A stretch of 10,442 bases of DNA from Nitrososphaerota archaeon (GCA_002317795.1 NVWC01000008.1:47493-57934); one strand, 5' to 3'. Counted from the stretch's first letter, positions 1 through 6,950 are shown. Translations and numbers: made by a program. The notes: generated by a model from the sequence alone, not told the origin.

Positions 1-1454
1 ATTGGTTTCTTTGTTTCTTTCATTACACGTTTTGCAGTATTGATGAATTTTCTACCATCACCAAATCCTTCAACGTATAATCCAATTACTTTAGTTTGAG
101 GATCATTTGCAGCATACCATATCATGTCTGCTTCATCAACATCAGAACGATTTCCAAAACTGATCATTTTTGATAAGCCAAATACATCAGCACTTTCCAA
201 CATACTAATTCCCATGGTTCCACTTTGTGAGAAAAATGCAACAGGACCAAGTTTTGAACGTACCATTCTTTCTTGTCCTTGGAATGCACAATCAAGTCTA
301 TTTGCTGCATTAAACATTCCAATACAATTAGGACCAATTACACGAATTTTGTGTTTAATTGATAACGCTTTTACTTCAGCCTCCATTGCTGCTCTGTCAC
401 CACCAAGTTCTTTACCGCCACCAGAAACAATTACAACATTATGGATTCCTTTTTTAGCACAAGTCTTCATAATCTGACCACATGCTGAAAGATCAATACA
501 AACAACAACCAAGTCAATCTTTCCAGGAACTGCTTCTAATGATGGATAGCATTTGATTCCAAGAATGGATTTTTGTTTAGGATTAATTGGATATACTTTG
601 CCTTTGAAATCTTGTTTTCCTAGTGCATCCAATACAGAATTACCAATTTTACCAGGTGTTGCAGATGCACCAACTAGTGCAACAGATTTTGGAGTAAAGA
701 AAGACTCCATTGATGTGATGTTTGGTTTTGCTTTAGAGATTGAATTTTTCCTTAATTCTTTATTTAGAATAATTTTTGCGTCAACTACAAAATGTGATTT
801 TGGATATACAATTACTGGGTTAAAGTCTATACTGTTAATGTAATCGGCATTTTCTACGCCTAATTTTCCAATTTGAACTAACATTTTTGCAATCATGTTT
901 AGATCAATTGGAGCACTTCCACGGAATCCTTTGAGAAGTTTTGCACCCTTGAGTTCATTTAACATTGATTTTGCATCAGATGTTGTAATTGGAAGCATTC
1001 TAAATGCAACATCTTTGAAAACTTCAGTCATTACTCCACCCAATCCTACCATAATCATTGGACCAAATTGTGGATCATTTTGAATACCTACAATTAGTTC
1101 AACACCTTTTGGAACCATCTTTTCCAAAAGAATTCCTTTGACATCAACTCCTTTCTTTTTAGATAGTCTACCAAACATGTCATTGAATATTTTTTTAACA
1201 TCAGCAATATTTTCTAATCCAACTTTAACTCCTCCAACATCAGTCTTGTGTAAAATTTGTGGTGATACTACTTTCATTACAAGTGGAAATCCAATTTTTT
1301 TTGCTTGTTTTGCTGCCTCATCTGCAGAAGTAACAAGTGCATAAGGTGGAACTTTAACACCATAAGTTTTGAGAATAGATTTTGATAATTCTTCAGTAAT
1401 GACTTTGTGATCAGTTTGAATTGTTTCTTCAAAAATTTTCTTAACAGCAGTCAT
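1..1454 (-). CDS. 3-hydroxypropionate--CoA ligase (ADP-forming), Nmar_1309-like; 3' end lies outside the window
   Basis: Manual translation from ATG at 1454: [38 protein letters not shown]...[17 protein letters not shown] (ATP-grasp)...[20 protein letters not shown] (CoA-binding)...IGPNCIG...SQSGTMG...[12 protein letters not shown]...[12 protein letters not shown]. The frame is open to the window edge. This is the beta-alpha fused ADP-forming acyl-CoA synthetase architecture and closely resembles my recollection of the Nitrosopumilus maritimus 3HP-CoA synthetase. Confidence 0.93.
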   Translation of the reverse strand, partial: MTAVKKIFEETIQTDHKVITEELSKSILKTYGVKVPPYALVTSADEAAKQAKKIGFPLVMKVVSPQILHKTDVGGVKVGLENIADVKKIFNDMFGRLSKKKGVDVKGILLEKMVPKGVELIVGIQNDPQFGPMIMVGLGGVMTEVFKDVAFRMLPITTSDAKSMLNELKGAKLLKGFRGSAPIDLNMIAKMLVQIGKLGVENADYINSIDFNPVIVYPKSHFVVDAKIILNKELRKNSISKAKPNITSMESFFTPKSVALVGASATPGKIGNSVLDALGKQDFKGKVYPINPKQKSILGIKCYPSLEAVPGKIDLVVVCIDLSACGQIMKTCAKKGIHNVVIVSGGGKELGGDRAAMEAEVKALSIKHKIRVIGPNCIGMFNAANRLDCAFQGQERMVRSKLGPVAFFSQSGTMGISMLESADVFGLSKMISFGNRSDVDEADMIWYAANDPQTKVIGLYVEGFGDGRKFINTAKRVMKETKKP

Positions 1455-1481
1455 CTTTCGATCGATAAAATTAGAATTAAC

Positions 1482-1500
1482 TATATTAAACTTTATAATG
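1482..1500 (-). promoter_or_regulatory. Putative archaeal TATA region of the 3HP-CoA ligase gene
   Basis: The minus strand reads ...TTATAAAG TTTAATATA..., with TTTAATAT about 29-36 nt upstream of the ATG at 1454. AT-rich background limits certainty. Confidence 0.4.
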
Positions 1501-1706
1501 AAACTTTTTGAAACAAAAAATTATACAGTTTTTGAGATATTATTGTATAATAATCAATATTGAATGTTGTTTTATTTATGAATTTTTCTTGATGAATAAT
1601 TCAAGAGCTTCAATAATAGAAATGCATTCTTAGAACCCAACTGAATAGATAACTTGTAAAATCTGTAGAGACTTAGTATCACACAAAGATACAGAGATGG
1701 CTAATC

Positions 1707-1794
1707 ATATCCGATTCAGGTATAGTTCTGACATAATAATGAAAAATAAACTACAGTTGAACCAAAAAGAACAGATATCAGATTCAGGTATAGT
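1707..1794 (+). repeat. Pair of 20-bp direct repeats, 68-bp period
   Basis: ATATCCGATTCAGGTATAGT (1707-1726) and ATATCAGATTCAGGTATAGT (1775-1794) match at 19/20. Both are followed after a few bases by ACATAAT. Confidence 0.85.
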
Positions 1795-1860
1795 CATACC
1801 TACATAATTGGGAATAGTTGCATACTATGAAGCTGTACAATCCTGACCAGATATTGGGGA

Positions 1861-2026
1861 AAAGCTACAGAAGCTACAGTGTTTTCTATTGAGGGGAATT
1901 TAAGAAAATAAAATAATTTTACACAGCGGTAGGAAAAGGTAGTAGCTTCTGTAGATTCTGTAGCTTTACGAACAAATAATTATTTTCTAGTCGTAATGAA
2001 AAGCTACGAAAAGCTACTAAAGCTAC
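1861..2026. repeat. Iteron-like AAGCTAC array in alternating orientation
   Basis: Forward copies at 1862 and 1871. Reverse copies (GTAGCTT/GTAGATT) at 1942, 1951 and 1960. Forward copies at 2001, 2011 and 2020. The period is 9-10 bp within clusters, and the clusters are separated by AT-rich tracts. Confidence 0.85.
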
Positions 2027-2072
2027 ACCCTCAATTTTCAAAAAAGGGGAAAAATTTAGTCCTAGTCATGTA

Positions 2073-2258
2073 TTGTTAACATTAGATAAATCAAAATTCA
2101 AAGTATATTCTGAAATTTCTGACACTACTTTGACTGATTGGTCTCAAGATAAAAACGATAAAAAATTTGTGAGATTCACATATTTGCCAGACTTTGACAA
2201 AGTGGTAATAAACGATTATGAAAAAGATGCTGTCTGTGAAAATCTTTATCAAAAATAA
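2073..2258 (+). pseudogene. Possible C-terminal relic of a degraded gene (hypothetical)
   Basis: TTG-start 61-aa ORF. The frame is open upstream to 1980 (LFSSRNEKLRKATKATPSIFKKGEK...) through the repeat array. No recognisable domain. Confidence 0.25.
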
Positions 2259-2354
2259 ATTTTGGTAATTACTTTCGTCATAACGTTTAACCAATTTCCA
2301 ACAAAACATCTTTTTTGTAATCGCTAGAGTAGCGTCTGTTTTGTCGCCTGAGAG

Positions 2355-2398
2355 GGGGCATTCTATTTTTACTGACAATCTCTAAAAATAGAAGCCCC
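2355..2398. other. Strong inverted repeat / hairpin
   Basis: GGGGC(A)TTCTATTTTTA, an 11-nt loop, then TAAAAATAGAAGCCCC: a 16-bp stem with a single-nucleotide bulge. Confidence 0.75.
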
Positions 2399-2530
2399 AT
2401 CCATTGTGCATACATTTGTGACAGTGACTAAAGATGTGACGGATGATGGTTTGTTGGAAATTGCTTATGTTCATCTAATCTATATTATACAAACTATTGA
2501 GATTCTAAATTTTTAAAATCTTAATGCTAG

Positions 2531-3163
2531 CTAAAATAATATTTTTAATGGATTTTGTTTGTTCAAACTTAATTCGATAACTTCCTTATTTCTTAAAATA
2601 AAAATCCTATCATGCTCTTCAAATAAATTCAAAATCTCATTAAAATCTGATTTGAATACATCATTTGTATTATAAATACACAATACAACACCATTGATCC
2701 TTTTATTATTGTATATATTTTCAAATTTATTTGCTGATTTTAGGGATTCTGGTTTTACTATTCCTATGATGCAAGCTTGTTTATATTTGGATTCAGAAAA
2801 TTTTTTATACATTCCATCATGGAATTGTTCAGGTTTTTTTGTTTGTTTTAGATTAATAGATACATCTTGCCATCCTTGTTTTGTTAGAAATTTTTTGACA
2901 TTAGATGATTGAGAATTATTGTATCCTTGATACCAATCATTTTTAGTTGCATCATCCATTTTTTTAATAAAATACATCAGTGATTCTTCATCAGAGTATA
3001 GAACAAGATGGTGGTTTTTTGTGATCTCTTCTTTTTGTTTTTTCCAATTTTCAATGGCATCTTCGATGATGGCAGCAGGTGTAACTCCTTCTTTTTTTGC
3101 CATTTCATTTAGTTCATCATGTATTTTTTCACTGAACCCTCTCACATACAACACTTTAGTCAT
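2531..3163 (-). CDS. Putative transcriptional regulator: N-terminal ribbon-helix-helix plus C-terminal MEDS-like sensor domain
   Basis: The N-terminus KVLYVRGFSEKIHDELNEMAKKEGVTPAAIIEDAIENW has a beta-helix-G-helix RHH/CopG pattern. The rest has MEDS-like motifs HHLVLYSDEE, FENIYN, VVLCIYN and HDRIF. Divergent from a two-gene unit. Confidence 0.7.
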   Translation of the reverse strand: MTKVLYVRGFSEKIHDELNEMAKKEGVTPAAIIEDAIENWKKQKEEITKNHHLVLYSDEESLMYFIKKMDDATKNDWYQGYNNSQSSNVKKFLTKQGWQDVSINLKQTKKPEQFHDGMYKKFSESKYKQACIIGIVKPESLKSANKFENIYNNKRINGVVLCIYNTNDVFKSDFNEILNLFEEHDRIFILRNKEVIELSLNKQNPLKILF

Positions 3164-3164
3164 A

Positions 3165-3242
3165 ATTTTGATTCAAAATCATTGTATTTAAATGCAAGTG
3201 CGCTTGCAAATTGGGTAAATTATAAATAGTGCTTGCATGCAA
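3165..3242. promoter_or_regulatory. Back-to-back archaeal promoters with palindromic operator candidates
   Basis: Minus-strand TATA TTTAAATA (3185-3192) lies 22-29 nt before ATG 3163. Plus-strand TATA TTATAAAT (3220-3227) lies about 30 nt before ATG 3256. Palindromes: ATTTTGA-T-TCAAAAT (3165-3179), TGCAAG-TGCG-CTTGCA (3193-3208) and TTGCATGCAA (3233-3242). Confidence 0.7.
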
Positions 3243-3255
3243 TCATCTTTAGAAA

Positions 3256-3828
3256 ATGAGCAAAACACTAACAAAAGTTTCCATTCGCAAACAAATTCTT
3301 TCTGGTTCTATAGGTGGAATTATTGGTGGAATTTTTATGATGATTCCGATATTTTTTCTATCTATGATGATGGGAATGCCTGCAGATGGTTTTGTCACTA
3401 TGATGGGGGTTGCATTGGGTTCTTCTATTGAAAATGCCGCAATAACAGGTGGCGTATTGCATTTTCTTGCAAGTGGCATAATTGGAATTCTCTTTACAAT
3501 TGTAACTGGTAAATCAAAAAAACTGTCTATATTTGGGGTGAAAAAAGGAGTTGCACTTTCTGTAGTTACTGCAGCAATTTCTATGGCGGTACTTGGAATG
3601 CCAATAATGTTTGGTCTAATGCCCCCAGTAATGATGCAAATGATGTTAGAACAAAATCCTGAAACAACTCAAGAATTTTTAATGGAACAAATGCAAGGCA
3701 TGTTTCCATTTTTATTAATTTTTGATTCAATGGCTCATTTACTATATGGAATAACTCTGGGAGTAATTCATGGAACATTAATGAAAAAATGGAGTTTGCA
3801 ATCAACCATTGCAGTTAATGAAGATTAA
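3256..3828 (+). CDS. Met-rich integral membrane protein (about 4 TM) with intramembrane His residues; DUF1440/DUF6789-like
   Basis: Four Gly-rich hydrophobic segments, motifs GGVLHFLASGIIG (H69) and MAHLLYGITLG (H161), and 22 Met in 190 aa by hand count. Confidence 0.8.
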   Translation: MSKTLTKVSIRKQILSGSIGGIIGGIFMMIPIFFLSMMMGMPADGFVTMMGVALGSSIENAAITGGVLHFLASGIIGILFTIVTGKSKKLSIFGVKKGVALSVVTAAISMAVLGMPIMFGLMPPVMMQMMLEQNPETTQEFLMEQMQGMFPFLLIFDSMAHLLYGITLGVIHGTLMKKWSLQSTIAVNED

Positions 3829-3841
3829 AGGAGGTGAAATA

Positions 3842-4267
3842 ATGAAAGTACAAATAACAAAAATTATTGATGCCCCCGCAGAAAACATCTGGAAGACAAT
3901 TCGTTCCTACGATAACGTGGAAAGATTCAATCCAATGGTGACTAGCTCAACCATTACTGGAACAAATGAAGGATCTGAACGTGTATGTCAAATACAATTT
4001 GGCGATCAGCAAGCAGAACTTGTCGAAAACCTAGATTTAGTTGATGAGGAAAACAAAACAATCAAAGTCAGTATAACACATGCTCCACCTCCATTTGGTG
4101 GACAACAAATAACATTTCAGGTGAAATCCTTGGATGAGAACAAAGCAGAACTTGTAATCTCTACTGACGTAGCAGATGATAACAAACAAGCAGCAAAAGG
4201 ACTAGAAGATGTATTCCAAATGATGTCTGTGGGTCTCAAAAAACTACACGAAAAGGAGATGAATTAG
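3842..4267 (+). CDS. SRPBCC (START/Bet v1/polyketide cyclase-like) family protein
   Basis: MKVQITKIIDAPAENIWKTIRSYDNVERFNP...G-GSER...ENL..VDE and a C-terminal helix ending GLKKLHE. Start re-assigned from 3809 to ATG 3842 because of the Shine-Dalgarno GGAGGTGA at 3830-3837 and to avoid overlap with the upstream gene. Confidence 0.88.
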   Translation: MKVQITKIIDAPAENIWKTIRSYDNVERFNPMVTSSTITGTNEGSERVCQIQFGDQQAELVENLDLVDEENKTIKVSITHAPPPFGGQQITFQVKSLDENKAELVISTDVADDNKQAAKGLEDVFQMMSVGLKKLHEKEMN

Positions 4268-4595
4268 AATAAATGAAATAAAATCTTCACAACAATTTGA
4301 ACAATAGGTTCTCAATTCATTACTTGAATTCTAATAGAACAACCATCCTTGAAAATGAGTGAAGGATAAGAATTTGATATACTCGAAGATGATGATATTA
4401 CAAACTTGGCGATGCATCATCAATTAAACTAGTTTCAGAAATTGGAAATGTTTATGCAATAAATTATGATTTTACATCTCCCTATGTATGTGCAACTTAG
4501 AGTTAAGACAATGAAAATTATTCACCATCAAATTAGATATTTTCAACCAGTAAATGTTTTCCTAGTATGCTCATAATGATCTTCCAGGATTTCTT

Positions 4596-4772
4596 TTATT
4601 TTTCTTCCGTCTTTGGTTCTTCTTTAGCTGGTTCTGGAGTTGACTCTTCTTTAGCTGGTTCTGGAGTTGACTCTTCTTTAGCTGGTTCTGGAGTTGACTC
4701 TTCTTTAGCTGGTTCTGGAGTTGACTCTAGTTCTCCCTTTTTCTTTTTGGAGAAAAAGTCAAAGAATCCCAT
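4596..4772 (-). CDS. Small acidic low-complexity protein (58 aa), MGFFDFFSKKKKG followed by (ESTPEPAKE)x4
   Basis: ATG at 4772 gives an MGFFDFF-basic N-terminus, a common amphipathic start. The in-frame 27-bp repeats preserve the frame. The longer start at 4844 is less likely. Confidence 0.65.
   Translation of the reverse strand: MGFFDFFSKKKKGELESTPEPAKEESTPEPAKEESTPEPAKEESTPEPAKEEPKTEEK
4620..4727. repeat. Tandem repeat, 4 perfect copies of 27 bp
   Basis: TTCTTTAGCTGGTTCTGGAGTTGACTC at 4620, 4647, 4674 and 4701. Confidence 0.97.
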
Positions 4773-4978
4773 AAATATTCGTATATTATCCTGCCTAATA
4801 TAATCTTCTAGGTTGTCAACATGTAGCCTTACAGTAAGTGCCACAATCTTTCAAACCCGTCTTTTGATATGTCATTATGCAAATCTTGAATTTGAAAAAT
4901 ATTTGTCATTATATTTTCCTACCACATTATACTATCATTAGATATGGCATCAAAGACCAATGGATTCTCATTTACACT

Positions 4979-5104
4979 ATCCAAAAACAAGCAAAACAAA
5001 TCAAGGAATCTACAAAATCAATAAGCTTTTCTAAAGTTTTGAATGAAACTGTACGTATTGGTTTAAAAAAAAGCATAGAAAAAGATCGTCAAAATTTTCA
5101 ATAA
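4979..5104 (+). pseudogene. C-terminal relic of a small thaumarchaeal RHH-like protein
   Basis: QKQAKQIKESTKSISFSKVLNETVRIGLKK resembles, from memory, the C-terminal half of about 50-aa Nitrosopumilus proteins (…QAKMI…S.SFS.VLNE.LR.GLK). The expected N-terminal KR[IV]TI..DDD strand is not visible in ORF 4877..5104. Confidence 0.45.
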
Positions 5105-5191
5105 CATTATAACTTGTAATAATTACTTGATTGACCAAAATATTAGTCCCAAAAAATGTAACATGATTTGTGTGTGATATGTATTTAAAAT

Positions 5192-5614
5192 TTATAAATT
5201 AAATTTTTGTTTGTATTCTTGAATTTTTTTTTCCCAATCTGATTTGGATGAACGATAACCAAACAGATAAGCTAAAAGTATTTTCAATAATACAATGTAT
5301 TTTTTATTAATTTTCACCATCACCAGATCATGATGATTTAGTAAATTACTTCGTGCATTGTGGTATTTTTTAATGTCATTTTTTTCATATACTGTAATCT
5401 TGTTATCATTTTCTAACAGATCTAGCAAAAAATCAAAATCATTGGAGGTAATGTCATTATGCTCCCTTGCAATATAACTACTAACACACATCATAACTGC
5501 ATCATCTATACTGATAAAAGCAAGATGTTTCGCATGTTTTCTTGAGTTTTCACTAAGTATTCTACCAAAACATAACTGTTCAATAATTATTTGAATTGTG
5601 TGGTTTGTAGTGAT
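5192..5614 (-). CDS. HEPN-like domain protein, probably start-codon-less or degenerate
   Basis: The frame stays open upstream of ATG 5494 to a stop at 5633-5635, adding ...IIIEQLCFGRILSENSRKHAKHLAFISIDDAV. AFISIDDAV...FDFLLDLL...IKKYHNARSNLLNHH matches the HEPN pattern (A.I.ID.AVE ... F..LL..L ... Rx4-6H). Confidence 0.55.
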   Translation of the reverse strand: MTTNHTIQIIIEQLCFGRILSENSRKHAKHLAFISIDDAVMMCVSSYIAREHNDITSNDFDFLLDLLENDNKITVYEKNDIKKYHNARSNLLNHHDLVMVKINKKYIVLLKILLAYLFGYRSSKSDWEKKIQEYKQKFNL

Positions 5615-5721
5615 GTATGTAATTAGGATAAATTATGATTTAAAAATTTTTAAAATTATTTTTTAAATCTAAAAATACTCTATTCAATTCCTTAGAGATT
5701 TGAATCAATTCTAAAACTCTT

Positions 5722-5738
5722 TGGGTCCGTAGGGATTT
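5722..5738 (-). mobile_element. Possible att-site scar: 17-nt tRNA 3'-end-like fragment
   Basis: The minus strand reads AAAT CCCTA CGGACCC A, which parses as T-loop end, T-stem 3' strand, 7-nt acceptor 3' strand and discriminator. It is a GC-rich spot in very AT-rich DNA. No full tRNA is present. Confidence 0.4.
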
Positions 5739-5934
5739 ACTCATTAATTGGGACCCAGATAGGCATGAATTATTTTAAAATCTAAATTTCAATATCATTG
5801 TAACCACTTTCTTTACCACAATGAGGACATGTTCTTTGGTTTTGGAATAGTTCTTTTCCACAATTTCGACATGATTGAGGTTTCACAAAATAATTAGCAT
5901 TTTATTTAATTTAAACAGTGATTTCATCTTAGGT

Positions 5935-6020
5935 TCAATTCCTGAAGCTGAACGTACAGTTTTGGGTTTAATGGAGGGAAACTTAGTCCAAATAATTAGT
6001 GTGTCAATAAATAAAAACAA
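5935..6020 (+). pseudogene. Fragment of an AbrB/MazE/SpoVT-type DNA-binding protein
   Basis: SIPEAERTVLGLMEGNLVQII fits the AbrB consensus (GRI)xIPxxxRxxLGlxxGDxV. The N-terminal strand is missing, and ORF 5875..6123 overlaps the convergent gene. Confidence 0.5.
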
Positions 6021-6036
6021 AAATCAAACAAAAAAT
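6008..6036 (-). terminator. Putative oligo-T archaeal terminator of the glutamate synthase-like operon
   Basis: The minus strand immediately after the stop at 6040 reads TTTTTTGTTTGATTTTTGTTTTTATTTATT. Confidence 0.45.
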
Positions 6037-6039
6037 GAT

Positions 6040-6948
6040 TTATTGCATAGTATTTTTATCTGCAATTATTTTTTCAAATTCTTTAAAATCAATTTCATCA
6101 TGTTTAATGTTGGTAAGAATTAATTTGGTATTTGTATGAGAAAAGTCATTTAGATTTTCAATCAAAAGTTCTTGTTCAAATATTTTCAAGACGTTTTTAA
6201 TTTTTACATAATCATTTTCATCTAATTTTTTTATTACTGCTCCTTTTCCGGTAGTAGTTCCTTGTCTAGTGTAAATAGCACCGCCTACCATACCCGAGCC
6301 AAATTGTTCACCAGGATCACCCAAGTTAATTAAAATACCGTCTGACATGTATATTCCAGAATTAAATCCGGCACCAAATGTAACTAGATTACCACCTCTA
6401 GCTTGAGCCATAGCTCTTTCCATACATCCTTTTCTAACAAGAATATCAACACCATGACTGTAACTAGTAGATTGATTGTTTTGTCCTACAAGTTCTGTAG
6501 CTAACCCGTCGATAACAAATTTTCCACAGTATCCCTTATCTGCCAAACCATTTTCAGCATGACCTTTGACAGTCCAAGTTCCATAAAAATTACAAAACGC
6601 TCCAAAAAAATTTCCCACATTTCCTTCTATAGTTAAATTAAGATTCACAGGTTCTAAAAATCCCAAAACTCCAATTCTATAAAGCGCTTTAGGATTTTTT
6701 ATAGTGATATTGTTTTCACCTTCTTCTATTTTTTTCCTAATGATAGAATTTGTTACATTTTCATATAGGATGGGGGAGCTAGCAACATCTCCAAATTTCT
6801 CTATTGCCGCAGTTTTTAGACCATTAGGTAACAAGATCCCAAATTTTTCTTGTAATGTCTTTTTCAATAAATCAAATTCATTTTCAGTTTCTTTTGAAGC
6901 GATTTCAAACGCTAGTTCTCTGATTTCATCAATATCTAAAATAAACAT
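6040..6948 (-). CDS. GXGXG beta-helix protein (glutamate synthase domain 3 / GlxC-MgsB / FwdC-like)
   Basis: Repeats LTIEGNVGNFFG, TVKGHAENGLAD, ARGGNLVTFGAG, GIYMSDG and GDPGEQFGSGMVGGAIYTR. There is an extra segment of about 45-50 aa near the N-terminus. Confidence 0.9.
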   Translation of the reverse strand: MFILDIDEIRELAFEIASKETENEFDLLKKTLQEKFGILLPNGLKTAAIEKFGDVASSPILYENVTNSIIRKKIEEGENNITIKNPKALYRIGVLGFLEPVNLNLTIEGNVGNFFGAFCNFYGTWTVKGHAENGLADKGYCGKFVIDGLATELVGQNNQSTSYSHGVDILVRKGCMERAMAQARGGNLVTFGAGFNSGIYMSDGILINLGDPGEQFGSGMVGGAIYTRQGTTTGKGAVIKKLDENDYVKIKNVLKIFEQELLIENLNDFSHTNTKLILTNIKHDEIDFKEFEKIIADKNTMQ

Positions 6949-6950
6949 GA

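Noticed and set aside
124-1344. Plus-strand ORFs 124..477, 553..843, 895..1083 and 1138..1344
   Set aside because: Antisense shadows of the 3HP-CoA ligase gene.
1707-1794. CRISPR mini-array (68-bp period)
   Set aside because: Only two copies of about 20 bp, no third repeat and no cas genes in the window.
2091-2378. 95-aa minus-strand ORF
   Set aside because: TTG start inside the hairpin loop, atypical composition, no motif, and it overlaps the plus-strand relic.
2694-3805. ORFs 2694..2912, 3237..3431, 3249..3479 and 3581..3805
   Set aside because: They overlap better-supported genes in antisense or alternative frames.
4620-4727. 27-bp repeats as CRISPR, or PEPAK as histone H2B homology
   Set aside because: The repeats are head-to-tail with no spacers and are in-frame coding. 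The 5-residue similarity is low-complexity and there is no histone fold.
4567-4803. Plus-strand SSLAGSGVD-repeat ORF
   Set aside because: Antisense reading of the in-frame repeat. The minus-strand product has a more credible N-terminus, though this is not proven.
5930-5944. TAGGTTCAATTCCTG resembling a tRNA T-arm
   Set aside because: No acceptor, D or anticodon arms around it, and it is mostly explained by the codons of the AbrB-like fragment.
6040-6948. Formylmethanofuran dehydrogenase subunit C
   Set aside because: It shares the GXGXG fold, but the context is amidotransferase plus FMN subunits, with no fwdA/B/D in the window.
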